Positions 26,765 to 41,188 of a stretch of DNA of 64,000 bases are shown in pieces. The position numbers and the translations under genes are program-made. This stretch comes from the human T2T-CHM13v2.0 reference genome, Homo sapiens. The DNA is taken from the NCBI RefSeq assembly GCF_009914755.1, contig NC_060942.1, one strand, 5' to 3'. The notes under the pieces are model-generated. The model was given only the letters and a program-made list of their open reading frames with translations, was not told where the DNA came from and did not search any database. Each line of letters begins with the position of its first letter. Within the stretch, counting starts at the first letter, position 1.

Positions 26765-27485
26765 TGTATCCTGCACACTGTCAAGTCTGCTCCAAACCTG
26801 CCCAACTCTGGAGACTAGGATAGGCATGTAGTGCTGAGGAAGTCAGGGATGCCAGTTATCAACTTATCTCTCAGCTTCAAAGCATCCCCTTTGCCCTGCT
26901 TTATCAAACTGAAGCTGGGCCCTGTAAACATTTCTCCTTTGCCTACTGGTAGAATGTCAAGCTTGCTCAATAGAGGGTATTCCGGCGATTTGCAAGGCAA
27001 CAGAACATGAAGACAATTCCCTTTCTGGTTCTGGTCCTCCATAGTTATCATGATTTATCAGGGAGCCCAGAAACCTCCAGATGAGCTCCAGCTCTGCCCT
27101 CAGACCTGTCTCCCCATCAGCAGTGGCTTCTGAGCAGTTCTGGCCCCCTACACCTTGGGGCACCTGCAGCCTGCTTGTACAAAACAGCTCTGGCCTGCAT
27201 CCTCTGGGCAAGTTTCTTCATCACATCCTCTTAGAAGTGAACTAAAGCTCAGCTAGGATGGAGGCCTCTCTTACCTTTATTGGCTGTTCTTCCCCCACCA
27301 CCCCATCCCGGCCCCTGCCAGGAATAGCAGATGTTCTTTTGTACCTGCTACTTCTGGACCCTCTATAAAGTCCTCATTTATCCCTTTTGTAGTCAATCAC
27401 CTGCTACTGCTGTAGTTAACAATTGTTTATATTAATTTTTCTATTTTGGAATAACCAGTGTGGTTTGTGTCTCCTGACTGATAGA
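26765..27485 (+). mobile_element. Probable old ERVL-class LTR
   Basis: 3' end gtgtggtttgtgtctcctgactgata resembles ERVL LTR termini; 5' boundary uncertain. Confidence 0.35.
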
Positions 27486-28278
27486 TAGGGTTTGTCTTTT
27501 GTACCCATGAACTATGTACCAGTTTCCCAGAGAACTGACTGGCTCTGGGAGCGTGGCAAATAAGGGTCTGGTTGCCTCCCCATAGAGAGGTTAAGGTGTG
27601 TCCCGTTTGACCATGTTTTATTTGGACATTGGCTACAACTTCCCTGACCTCCAAAGAACCTAACATGCTGCTCTGGGTTAGTCACATGGCTCAGAAGCCA
27701 AATGTTCTCTTTCAGAGAAGGGGCTGGGGAAGACACAAGCACCATCTTGCGCCACTTGGGGTTTCAGGCTGACTTCTCGAGCTTTCCTTTTTCTGGATGC
27801 AGGTCCCAGGAATTTAACACTTCAATTTCCCAACTGAGAAAGGCTTACCTTCTACTTTACCGCTTCTCCCCCAAAAGTGGCAGGGAAGCAGGGCAATTTC
27901 CTCCAGTCATACTGTCCCCTTATGCCCCTGAAGGACAGAGAACTTCTTGTTTGAAGGATTCCAACGCTAAAGCTCTATATGGAAACAGAGCTGACAGAAT
28001 TAACGCTGTATGTGTGATGCAGCTGCCAGACCTTCACAGCCTGCTTCCAACTCTGATTTCATGCTGTGGTGCACAGGTGCACTGGGTGTGCGCAACATTG
28101 TGTTCTTCCTGCTAGAGCACACTTGAGCCCAGACCACAGCACGAGAAGACGTGGCTACACTTGCTTTGCCTCCGTTGGTTCCAACAGCCTGCACGAGTGG
28201 AAAGGGTCACTGCACAGTGCCTGGGAGAGGGACTCTCATAACCTTATTTTTTAAAAGGCAATGAAGCTCCAAATTTTA

Positions 28279-28650
<372 letters not shown>

Positions 28651-31600
28651 TTAGCATGCTATCCCAGACTAAATTTTAGGCCCAGCTGGATGTGAAACTC
28701 TTTAAAATAGTCTTTATCCACAACGGCAAATGGGAGAGAAAACTGAATAGTACAAGAAAATTATACGACACTGACAGAAATGTGCTGCTGTATTTATGTA
28801 AAACTGGCACGGGAAACATATGTTAACACAAAAGGCATATACGTCACAGACAATTCAGTTTAATAGGATTCATCACAGATTTGTTTTTGAAAAGATCTGA
28901 TACAAGTAAAATGTATCCCCACCCTAGAACCAGACTTCTATGACTTACATAATCTCAGTCCGACAAGCTCATTTGACAAATGAGGAACAGTGATGTGCCC
29001 GAGGTGACAGTTTTTTTGTTCACTTGTTTTACAAAGTTGGGCACACCTGAACTCTCTGGGCACATGCACAAATGCAGGTTGATACCCTTACATGTTTGCT
29101 GTCATCCCCCAGCTTAATTCTTCTTCAGTCAGGCCTCTGGTAACAGCCTAGGGGACAGCTGGTAAGGAAGGGCCCAGGTGGTGTCTTAAAATTCAGAGCC
29201 AAGCTTAGAAGAGGACACAAATGCAACAAGCCCTGGGTAGTATCTGCCCTACAAAGAGGACGGCAGAATTAGTGCTTAGGAGGAAGCAGGGCTTAAAAGT
29301 GAGCATTTAAGGCAACAATTGCATGTAATCGAAGTTACCCTTAAAAACTGATTAAATCTTTCACAAAATATAGTATCTTGTATGGTGATCCTGCCTGGTA
29401 CTATCCTGCCTGGCACTTCATGCTCTAAGTGTATAACGTTTGGTTTTGATAGAATGTCAAAAGGAGACACTGGCCAAGTTCCCTCTTCCCTGAAAACCCT
29501 AAGTTCTTTTCCCTGGACCTGAGCATGCAGGGCTGAAACACATCAGCTAAAGGTGCTTAGATGCAGCTTCACTGCAACTCCCAGTGCTCCTTCAACACCT
29601 GTCCTTGCAATTTGATCTCAAGAATTTCTGAAGTCTCTCTCCTTTCTCCATCCTGATTGCCATTGCCCTTCAGCTCCATTGTCAGAACTGTTGAAAAAGA
29701 CACTATTCCAATCTCTCTGCTTCTGCACCCGTCCCTTCAAATCCACCTCGAAAATGCTAGTATGTCTGATCATACCACCCACTCTGCTTAAAAAGCCCTT
29801 TGAGAGGTCCCACTGCTCACAAAGCCAAGGTCAATACCCTAGAACAGCCCCTGGCCCTTTTGTGAAGTGGCCACCACATACCCTCCAGACTCATGGCTTA
29901 TTCCTTCCCCATCTCTATGTTCCAGATACACCAGTTTCCTTATTATCATGCATCAGCTCTTCCCTCTGTCCACGCCTTCAGTGGTCTCTGCCTACCTCTC
30001 CTTCCTCACCTCCCCCCATTTCCCACCTTGCATCCTATGCTCCAAGCCATACTGAGCTTTGCCCATTCCTCCAAGTCTATTATGCATACATGGACAGGCC
30101 AGGCAAGGAGAGACAGAACTCAGCCCTAGACCCCAGTCTGACTACACAACCTGAACTATAACCACCAGGTGACCCTGCCCACAGGCACAAATAATGAGAA
30201 CATCAGTTGTACTCTATGAGTGAAGGTTTCCTGGAGGAGTAACAAATTCTGAGGACCAGTGGCCAAGGCACTTGAACTGAGAGAGGAAGGACTCCAGCCC
30301 TGTGGTCACTCACAGCCTTGGCAGAAGCACATTTTAATGAGGAAAACCACATCAGATCTTTGTAGAAGACAGCATTTTAGCTCTTTCTTACCTAATCACT
30401 CAGCAAGCACCGGCACAGAGCAATACAACAGTTTCAAAGGCTTAATAAAAGTACCAATTTTTTTCCCTTTACACTCACCTTTCAAAGTATCTCATTTGAT
30501 TATTTTTACAGTGTCCACCAAAGAAGACTGTCTATATTATTTACTCCCATTTTTCAGAAAAGCAAACTGAGTAACATGGGGTTTAAGGGGTGCCCAGGGT
30601 CACCCAGGGTTTGGTCAGGCCTGGGATTCCATTACTTGATTACCCTATTGTAGAAAAACGACAATTTATCTATGGCATCTCATGATTTTGCCACAAATAC
30701 AAACTAACTCATCATCAAGTGTCAGCCAAACACATCAGAAAGAGTCACCTGAGACTCCAAAGGAGGAGACTAGACTTTCATATTAGAGGGAAGGCATTTT
30801 CAGCATCTTTCGAAGACCTTTCATTGTCAATAGCCAAGGTCCTACTGCCTGATGTTGCTACGAATCAGATAGACACCCCGCCTTCCGAGATCCCAGTTCC
30901 CAAACTCAGGCCCAGTTCCCCAACTCAGGCCCAGCTGGGCAACTTCCTCAGACTGAGGCTTGTCACTGCAGGGGCCACCTGGGTCAGTTACAGCATTTTC
31001 TACTGAATGATCTGAAACCAATCAAAATGATCATCTTTCCATATGCGTTAAGGTCTGCCATCAACTCCGTCGTATCACTCTCTGGACCCTCTTAGTAAGG
31101 TACATCCAAATAGGACTCAGTCTTCCCCCACCTGCTTGGCTTTCCTGGATCGCAGCCCTCCTTTCAGGCCCATAAAGCTGAACACTGACTATCCCATCCC
31201 AAAGCAACTTCTCTCATCCTCCAGTTTAGGTCTCTCTCTTTACAAAGAATTCCCAAGGAGAAATGTACCACAAACCTCCTATTAACTAGTTCAACAGGCA
31301 GAGATTGGATCAGGCAGTCAAAAGAACACAGAGGAGAACATGAACCCAGTGATTAGAGCACCGGACCACCAAGGCCATGGTCATGGACTTGCACATCACC
31401 TGGGGAGGCTATGCTCTGACCTATGCAAGGCCAGAGAGGTTGTTTATAAAACTATCCATACAACCACGGAAATGAAAAAGAAGAAAAGGAATTTACTTCT
31501 TATCCCCTAAAGGCTGTATTTAAGGGAAAATGGGCCCATTACAACTGGATGTACCACCAGAGATTGGTGTATCTGGAAGGCAGAGATGGGGAGGAAATAA

Positions 31601-34056
31601 GCTGTGAGTGGAAGGTAGAGTGCAGCTACTTCACAAAAGGGCCAGGAGATTATTCTAGGGTATTGACCTTGGCCTGTATGGTTTTTACCATCATTTATTC
31701 ACACCTTAACAAATTATTCATTGGACTTTAAAAAAAAAATCTCCTCTTGAGGTCATTTTAAATGCAATGGCCCAACAATGGGGCAGAAGAGTGTGGACAA
31801 CTGGATGCAAATCTGCACCCTCCATTCTCAGACAAATGCACAAAACTTACGCCAAGCCAAGGGGTCTTGCAGAGACTTGTGTGCATTTGAATTGCGTGTT
31901 TTGGGTGAAGAGGAGGAAGAAGGATATGAAGCAGGTCCAAATATTCACTTAGAGCCCTTGGCTAGTCCATGTATTTGCTGTTTTCAGCTACTCGACTAGG
32001 GTTATTAGTGGACCTAAATGCCAAGCTTCAGGGCCCTCAGCCAATCCACCCATGAGGCCGAGGACAGCCTGACACCAGAGCACAAGCGCTCGTCAAAGGC
32101 TCTTGTTTCACTCCAAAATATTCTCAGAGGGCACATGAAGGTGAAAGAGTGGGAAAAAAATACTGATCAAATTGGGTAGTTTTCAAGTGCTGCAGCCTGG
32201 GGCCCATGTACCTTGCAGAGACAGGGAATAAGGGGAAATCATGTTTAACCTCAATATGACTCATGTAACTGAAAAAGAAATTTAGGAGGATTTCTTCCCC
32301 ATTACCTTAGAATTACAACTGGGACAACTGATCCAAATCATCCAGATGGGTCTTGCCAATATTTGTTTATTTTCTATAAAACTGACCTGAGGGAAAAAAA
32401 TTTCACCTCCTGCAAGTTGGCCCCGAAAAGCCCTGCTAGGCCTATGTTCTGCTCTGGGAAGGAAAGAGGAGGATGGCAGTGGCCCCTAATGTGGAGGCAT
32501 ACCTGGCTGCTTGAGAGTGACAGGCACCCTCAGAGCCACAGGCTCCAGCTCAGGACAGTGTGCAAAGAGTGCTCAGCCCCTGTTCTGCTTAGCAGGGAAC
32601 ACACACTCCTTGTCCTCAAGGATTTTATCATGTCATCGTGTTCCGGGGAAAATCAGACTTGCAAGCACTGACCAGCTGGAGAACAGGACATAACTAACAA
32701 TGGACATCAGCCAGAGTTTTCTCCCTGGGGTCCCAATTTAAATATTACTTCCTGGGGGGAGCCTCCCAGCCCTCCTCAGCTCTGCTTCCTTCAGCACAGC
32801 CCTTAGCACTCTGCATCATAATTGACAAGCTAAGCAGGGTAGGACCCACAACTATTTTGCTCAATGCAGGATCCCTGGGGCCTAACATGGCCTGAATAGA
32901 GTTTGATGAACAAACGCAAGAATTATTGCTAAGTTGCATGGTACAAGCATTGAAGATACAGGGATTCATAAGCAAGTGTTATGAGGGCAGACTTGCGCTG
33001 AAACCACTTGATGGATTTCAGCTACTGGGAGCACAGATGGGTCTGGTGCTGGACTCTTAGGATGGCCAGGATTTGGATCAGGAACAGCCAAGCCTCAGAT
33101 GTCTGTTTCTTGCACAGCTGCACAAAGACCAACTACTCTGTTTAGACACCCGGATCTTCATACCATCTGCTAGTATTGGACCTCCCCACATGCCCCCAAA
33201 ACACGGACAGCAGGACAGGGACAGGAAGCATGGCAGGAAGTGTGGCAGACACCAAGACGCTGCTGGGCTCAAGGCTTGCCCTCTTTACACATATGTGCCT
33301 GAAGACTCAGCAGCAAAAATCAGTCATTACCCCATAAGGACCCACACAGAGAAGGGCCAAAGGCTCCAGACCCAAGGAGAGCTGCTCTGTGGTATGGAGT
33401 CAAGAACTAAAGCCTGCTCACTACTCCACTGGCTCCACATCAATAGCCTCAAAGCAAATGAAACTTGCTAACACCCCTCAGGAAGCAGCAGGAGTGGAAA
33501 CAAAGGGTGGTGCTCATCTGATGGGGATGATGACAAAGTGCCTTATCCCCTCAGCTTTTGTGGAGAGGCAGTTTGGGTTGCTCCATCTCTCTCCCTCCAG
33601 TGAGGATGTGCTAGAAGCTTCCATGCCAGTCCACGAGAGATCAGATGGCCTGGCAGTCCAGAGTCTCACATGCCAGAGCCCCCTCTTATCCTCTGTGGCC
33701 ATGCCATACTGCATCCATATGGCTCTAGAGCCACCCCTGCTTTATTCTCTGCTTTATCCTCACCCCTTTCTCTTTGCCTCAATTCTAAACTATGAGTTAA
33801 AACATGCTGGTTATGATTATATGATGTATATTACTTTTATCTCTAGATTCTTAGGTTTGGGACACATTTCCTATGATGCTTAAAGTGCAAACATATCTTT
33901 CAGAATAATAAAGCATGAAAAGACTTCCATGCCATGCAAAACACTTTTCCACCCCTGCCTCTTATCCTCTCATACACTTCCTGTGCCAGGTGGACTGCAT
34001 ACAATTAACCCTCTTTTACTAATTGAGCAGTGAAATTTAGAGAGGCCTAGGGGTTA

Positions 34057-34431
<375 letters not shown>

Positions 34432-34549
34432 TCACTCTTATGGGGACTTCTTCCAACCTGAGGATTTATATGTCTTGAATTATGCAAAAGCATGTATGTA
34501 TTTTCTTTTTTCCTTCTATATAGGACATCATTGCTCTTCACAAATGGTG

Positions 34550-35330
34550 AGTCAGTCAATCAACAAATACTTATTCAGTCTTCTGTGCTGCTTGGCTGAT
34601 GTCCCATGGATTGTCAGTACCCTTCTGTGAGCTCCCGTTCTCCTCTGGGAGGCTCAGAGATAAGTGGAAGCTGTGCTTGCCCATCAGGTCAGGCTGGGCA
34701 GACAGGAAAGGCCCACAAGTGAGGCAGGATGTCTGGGGAACACCTGCAGCTGGACTGGCCTTACACCGGTGGGGTGGGTGTGGGGGTGGGGATTCAGGAG
34801 GCCTGAGCGAAGAGAGCTAAGGAAGAGGGAAGCTCCAGGGGTGTCCAGGAAAGAGCCATGAGCAAGACATCAGACCCACACCCAACCCAGCAAGCTGCTT
34901 CCCTGGCTGTGGTGTAAAGCAGGATGGGGGGATTATCAAGCCAACCTGTGAGGTGCATATAAAATGCAGGCAAAAGCATGGGGAGCTGGTTAAAAAATTC
35001 ATTAGATGTTTGCTATCATCAGCATGGAGATGTCACCAAGAAACAAACAGCTGAGGCAATTCTGAGGTCTCCTTAAAGGCAGCTAAAGCTCAATGACCAG
35101 GAAGCCATTTAACCCAAGGCAAGAATCTGCCACAGACTCAAACCAGGACCTGAACCATCATCTTGGTTCAGTGATGGGAGGGTAAAGGGAGCTGGAGGAG
35201 GACTTCTATCGGCGTTGTGAGTTGCACCAAGCCCACTAAAGTCAGGATGGAGGAGGAGAAGGATTACAAAGAGGCAAAGAGTAGCTGGCAGGAGGAAACT
35301 AAAGGTAAGCGAAGAACAGTGAAGAATCAA
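34550..35330. mobile_element. L2 fragments
   Basis: cagtcaatcaacaaatacttattcag terminus followed by purine-rich degraded L2-like sequence. Confidence 0.45.
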
Positions 35331-35352
35331 GTCAGGTGAAAAGTGGGACATC

Positions 35353-35574
35353 TGGGAATTGAACAATGAGAACACATGGACACAGGGAGGGGAACATCAA
35401 ACACCGGGGCCTGTCAGTGGGTGGAAGGCTAGGGGAGGGATAGCATTAGGAGAAATACCTAATGTAGATGATGAGGTGATGGGTGCAGCAAACCACCATG
35501 GCATGTGTATACCTATGTAACAAACCTGCACGTTCTGTACATGTATCCCAGAACTTAAAGTATAATTTTTTTTA
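35353..35574 (+). mobile_element. 5'-truncated primate L1 (L1PA7/8-like) 3' end, ~220 bp
   Basis: tgggaattgaacaatgagaacacatggacacagggagggg...aaacctgcacgttctgtacatgtatcccagaacttaaagtataat; TSD aaaa(g/a)tgggacatc at 35339-35352 and 35575-35588. Confidence 0.92.
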
Positions 35575-36030
35575 AAAAATGGGACATCCACTTATTTGAA
35601 AAGAAAACTAAGTAGGTAGCCAAGTATAATCTATTTTTTAAACCTACTAAATAAGGAAGTTCTCAGGAAACCTAAAACCCAGACTCCGTATTTATGACAT
35701 TCCCCTGATAAGACTTTAAAATCCATAAGGAAAAGTTCTGTCTTGTCCTTTACTGTATCTTTGGTGCCTAGGACAGAGCTAACACATAAGAGGCATTCAA
35801 CGTTTGTTGATTGAATCTGAAAACAGTACTGTATAAAGGTTTTTGAGATCTAATCCCTATACCATCTGAATGAACACTTACTGATAAAAGATAAGAACCA
35901 AAAGAACAACTACATTCAATTCCAGGCTCACAAGAGAGATTCTCTTTGGGTCCAGGGAGTGGGGCAGGGAGCAGAAGTAAGGTAATTGTCCATGAGAAAT
36001 ACACAAAAGGGCGCAAATCCTCCCACTCAC

Positions 36031-36174
36031 CTGGAAGACCACTCTGGACTTCTCCAAGAGGTAAGTCCTCATGTTGGCCCCGATGATGTGGTACCTTTTG
36101 TCAAAGCCAATCTGGATGTACTTGCCAAAACGGCTGCTGTTGTCATTGCGGGTGGTCTTGGCATTTCCAATGGC
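36031..36174 (-). CDS. MYO5B: MYO5B coding exon (exon 6, 144 nt): [48 protein letters not shown]; switch I
   Basis: Acceptor ctgtgcag|GCC; donor CAG|gtgagt; myosin motifs NDNSSRFG and YLLEKSRVV; phase 0-0. Confidence 0.97.
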
Positions 36175-36289
36175 CTGCACAGACCAGACAGACAAAGGTA
36201 TGAAAAAAAAAGAGGGCTTTCTTGATTTCAGGATTGTATGTTTGTGGCAGCATGTGTCCCCTTTCTCTTCCTTACTTACAGAAACCCTC

Positions 36290-36705
36290 TGTTCTTGGGA
36301 TGACAATGAACTGAGCTAAAGAATAAAACAAAAACTTGAAACTCTTCTTTTTCCAGCCTCTTACTCCTGAGGATGGCCAATGAGAGTAACGAGTTCATTG
36401 GTGGGGTCTTCAAAGGGGACTACCCAGGTGCAATGGAAGGTGCATCCCACTGTCCCTCTTCTTCCTTCTTTCTTGCCTGGAATGCACCTGTGATGGTACC
36501 AGCTATAGCAGTTATCTTGGAACCATGAGGAAAAGGCCTGAAGAATCACAGAGACCTTAGCTGTGACATTCTTGAGCCACTAAAACAATACCAGTGCCCA
36601 CTAGCTCTGAACTTTCTGGAAAAAAACAAACAAACCTTCCTGTACTTAATACACTTTGATCAGTTCTACATGAGCAGGCAGTCAAATGTCACTCCCAACT
36701 GACAA
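36290..36705 (+). mobile_element. MaLR LTR remnant (MLT1-like)
   Basis: ggaaccatgaggaaaaggcc...gacattcttgagccact...actcccaactgaca end; highly degraded. Confidence 0.4.
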
Positions 36706-37399
36706 ATAATACCTTCCTAGCAATACGCCACAAATTGACACTCCTTCCCACCTCAGGAAGCCATCATCCCTCTTGGTATTTCTTCTGCAGCATCAGGGTT
36801 ACAGTTCAAAACACTAGACGATAATTTTTAAAATGAGTGGATATGGGACTAATTTTATCGTGTGAAGATTTGCTTCCTATAAAACACCATGTTGCCAATG
36901 CATTGGTAAAGAATACATTAATATTTAATCCCTTTCACATGCTTACATTTTTAGGTGGATAAAACACTTGAAAAACACCTGCTATAACTTCTCAATGGTC
37001 TAGAAAATTTGAGGCACAAAGAAGTTGAAAGAAAAGCCAAAATCCCAACCTACCCCTCAAGTCCTGCCCAGCCCAATACAAGCAGAAGAACTATTAGTGT
37101 CGCCTGACATCCCAAAACCACGATGCCCGGCAGCCATCTATTATTGACAAGGCTGGCAGAATAGTGAGAAGCAAAAGGTCACAAAGTTGACCTAAAACTA
37201 ATGCTCCTGAAAACATGCCATTGAGTTGTTACTGAACAACTGTTCCTGTTACTGAGATGAGTACAGGGAGGCGCTGAGTTATACAACCACCCACTCACAG
37301 AAATCTAGGTCCAGCTCTGCACCAGGGAAGCTGCTGAGCCCAGGACTGGCCTCCATTCACCACCCTCCGAGTATAGAGGATGCCAAGTTCCAAACGGGT

Positions 37400-38075
37400 C
37401 AAACTGTCCCTATTTCTATCCTACTGCCATAGCCTTAGCCTGCAACATTGTCACCTCTTTCCTGAACAACTTCAATGGGCTCTCAATGGTCTCCCTGGTC
37501 CCACTCCCATCTTCCACCTGCTGTCAATTCTCCACTCAATTGCCAGGGTGATTCCTCTAGAATGTAAACCTATTATACTCCCTGTATAAAACGCTTCAGT
37601 GGCTTACACTGCCCTCTGAGATACAACTTTCAAATCCTTAGCATGGCTTATGTGCTTGGCAGGAACCGACCCTTCCCTGCCTCTAATCTTGCCCTTGGTC
37701 CCGGCTTCTAACAATCCTAACTCCCTTTTTCTTTCTCCAAAGCCCTATGCTCTCTCTGCCCTCACCCAAGCTTCCCATAGGCAGTTCCCTCTTTTCCCAC
37801 GGCTCTCTGCACCTAGTCGACTCATCTTCCTTCAGGTCTCAGCATCGATGTCGCTTCTTCAGGCAAGCAAGCCTTCCCTGATCCCGAGACTAGGGGAGCA
37901 CCTCCTGCCATATGCTCTTCCAGGCCCTACATTTCCCTCTTCTTCCCCTTAGCCCATATGCGGTTAACCCTCTGTGTTCATGAGGGCAAAGATTATACAT
38001 CTGCTTCAGCACAGACTCTGTAGCACCCAGTACATGGTAAGCACTCAAAAATATTTAAGTGAAAGAGTAAATGAA
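37400..38075. mobile_element. L2 3' region
   Basis: caatggtctccctg...aaacgcttcagtggctt...aaatccttagcatggc...gagggcaaag...acatggtaagcactcaaaaatattt. Confidence 0.65.
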
Positions 38076-38599
38076 CCTGGGTTTCAGTTTTTCTCTTGTG
38101 AAATGTAAGTATTGGACTCCTTGTCCTCATACGTAACTTGCCACTGCAAAGTCTTGCAAAAACCAGTTGGAGTCACAATATACACTTCTACTTTAGGGTT
38201 TAAAGTGTATAAAGCAATCTATATGTTACAGACACAGTATATAACTCTGGAAGGAAGTGTAGGGGGAGAAAGTACAACCTTGGTATGTTGGATTGCTCTG
38301 AAGGGCATCTTGGTGCTTGGAACATGCCCAAGGTCAGGACAAGGCTAGAGCCCGGCCAGCCTGATGTAACTCTCAGTCACCTAACTGGAAGAGTTTACGT
38401 AATCAGCTTCCTCCAACCAAAGGCGATGGGGACTCACGCTCCTGGCACCCACCAACCTTGTCATCTTAGCAGAGGCCTCAGTGTAACCACTTTCCTTCCA
38501 CAAAGAGTCTCAGCCTTTAAGGCCCCACAGGACGATGGCAGACTGCCAGACTTCAGTGAGCCAATTTCTACTTGAAAAATGGAAAAGGAGGCTATATTT

Positions 38600-38860
38600 C
38601 CTAAAATGTTGGTAGAAAGCATTTCCCAGACCTTCAACATAAGCCAGGTCCTGGGCTGGGCCCCTTATAATCTCATTTAATGCTGCCAAGAACCCTACAA
38701 GATAGGCATTACTAACTTTCACCATACTTACGGGAAAACTTAGGCTTAGAAAGGTCAAGTCACGTGCTTGAGGTCACATGCTAGGAAGTGGCAACCCCAA
38801 GATAGAAATTCAGATATACCTGAATCCAAAGTCTGCGTTCATTCTACCTACACGGCGTCA
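38600..38860. mobile_element. MIR
   Basis: tctcatttaat...aaccctacaagataggcatta...aaacttaggcttagaaaggtcaagtcac.tgcttgaggtcaca. Confidence 0.7.
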
Positions 38861-38978
38861 CAGCACTCCTCCATACTCTGTCTCCTCCAAACCACTCACT
38901 ACCAGACAGAAAGCCACCACACATGTGGGCAACTTCTCATGGCTCAAATGGCCAAATCAAGTCAAAGGATAAAGATAG

Positions 38979-39280
<302 letters not shown>

Positions 39281-39429
39281 TCCTCACTTATATCTTTTTA
39301 TGTAAAAGCAGGGAGAAGCCTCTCAGAAGATGCTAGAAAACCAACTAATTACTATGAAACCTAGTAAATAAAGCCTTAAACATCTACTTTCCAGTGTAAA
39401 CTGTATCTCAGGGCAATTAAGTAGTTGGT

Positions 39430-40420
39430 AAGGGGACGTTTCTCTGCACAGATTTATTCCAGCTAATACATGCAGGAGGTGTAACAGAATGACAATATCA
39501 GCATTTTGTAACTGCTGATTAATTAATATATCTAGGCATAATCAACTGCTGGCTCACATCACAAAAAGCCAGATTTTCTGTGCCTCCTAATGGAGGCCCA
39601 ACTACCACATCTTAAGGATTCCTGTTAAAAACAAAACAAAACAGAAACTAAAGCAGCCTCTAAATTTTACTATTCCTTTACAGGAAATAAAGTGGACAAA
39701 GGCACATGTTAAACAATGTCATACAGATGTAATCAGCAAAGGCCAGTTGGTGGAAAATTCTAAAGGAGAAGCTCGTTTCAACAGATAAGTTTCAATTTCA
39801 AACTTTTAATTTCCAATTTCTTACTTTCTAAGATAGCAATAAGACCTTTTACCATATCTGAGATCATTCCTTGTGATAGCTTAGGAAAACTTTGCCCAAG
39901 GTCTAAAGATCACTGCCAAAAGATTGGCCCTCCTTACTTTACTAGGCTACTTTGCAAAGTGATTGATAGATCTAAAAGTACTGGAACAACCATTCTGAAG
40001 GAAAATCGGGTATATCTAGTAAAACTGAACATGCATGCACCTAACAAATCAGCAATTCTACTTCTAGGTGTTACTTAGAGAAATTCTCACATAATTCAAG
40101 TAGGCAAGAATGTTCCATTCAGACTATATTTAATAATAAAAAAGAAATACAACCCAGATGTTCACCAGTAGGGAAAACATAAATAAAATGTGGTATATCC
40201 ACACAATCAGATGCTATAAAGCTGTTAAAAGAATAAACTAGAACACAGCTCATGGATTAATAAAAAAATGTAGAGTGAAAAGTTGCAAACTGGTTGATGG
40301 AATATGCTACCAACTACTTATGGTATAACAATCTTTTCGATGCATACAGAAATACACGGTGAAATAAAAATGGACTGAAATAATTTCAATGTAATTGATT
40401 GTACAATAAAGAGGTATGTA
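39430..40420 (+). mobile_element. Degraded ancient L1 (L1ME/L1MC-like) fragments
   Basis: gatttattccagctaata...; cagcaattctacttctaggt...; ataaaatgtggtatatccacacaat resemble L1 3' regions. Confidence 0.5.
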
Positions 40421-40741
40421 TCAAGTAGTATGAAAACACGGATAAGGAGCAAAACCAACCATGCCCCAGTATGGGAAAAGCTCTAAGAAGTGGAAAATTG
40501 AAGTGGATCTTAAAGTGAGCAGAATTCTGACAGTGGGAAAGAAGAAGAGATTCTATAAATATAGTGTGGACAAAGGGACGGGGTTATGTTACAAAATAAA
40601 CAAGTTTGAAGTGGCTAAAGTATGTTGATACATGAAAGAAAACAGGAGATAAGATTGGTAAGGTGTACTGGGAGCAGATTCTTGTAAAAATGGGTTAACA
40701 GTGTCTGGCTTTCTTCTTTGCCCTAAAAAGCGTGAACACTT

Positions 40742-41007
40742 AGCCAGGCACTGGTAAGCCAGCACTTAGAAAGGCCTAGGTGGGTGGATCACTTGAGCCC
40801 AGGAGTTTGAGACTAGCCTGGGCAATGTGGCAAGACCCTGTCTCTACTGAAAAATACAAAAGGTAGCTGGTCATGGTGGTGCACGTCTAGTAGTCCCAGC
40901 TACTCTGAAGGCTGAGGTAGGAGAATCGCTGGAGCCCAGGAGGAAGAGACTGCAGTGATCGTGTTCATGCCATTGCACTTCCGCCTGGGTGACAAAGCAA
41001 GGTCCTG

Positions 41008-41039
<32 letters not shown>
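40742..41039 (+). mobile_element. AluJ-like element with A27 tail
   Basis: gatcacttgagcccaggagtttgagactagcctgggcaa ... gcctgggtgacaaagcaagg; A run at 41013-41039. Confidence 0.9.
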
Positions 41040-41040
<1 letters not shown>

Positions 41041-41112
41041 CAAATCCTGAAAATAACATATCTGGTCTTCATCATCATTTTTGCTAGCTTCACTCTAGCC
41101 TCCTTTCTTTCT

Positions 41113-41188
41113 TTTTTTTTTTTTTTTTTTTTTTTGAGATGGAGTTTCCCTCTTGTTGCCCAGGCTGGAGTGCAATGGCATGATCTCG
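41113..41188 (-). mobile_element. Severely 5'-truncated Alu (~53 nt of the 3' end plus tail)
   Basis: T run followed by gagatggagtttccctcttgttgcccaggctggagtgcaatggcatgatctcg; TSD ctcctttctttct at 41100-41112 and 41190-41202. Confidence 0.88.

Noticed and set aside
30891-30934. Short tandem duplications (19 bp here; 15 bp near 29388; 12 bp near 15309; 6 bp x3 near 49275)
   Set aside because: Two- or three-copy slippage duplications without spacers; not CRISPR-like and ordinary for intronic DNA.
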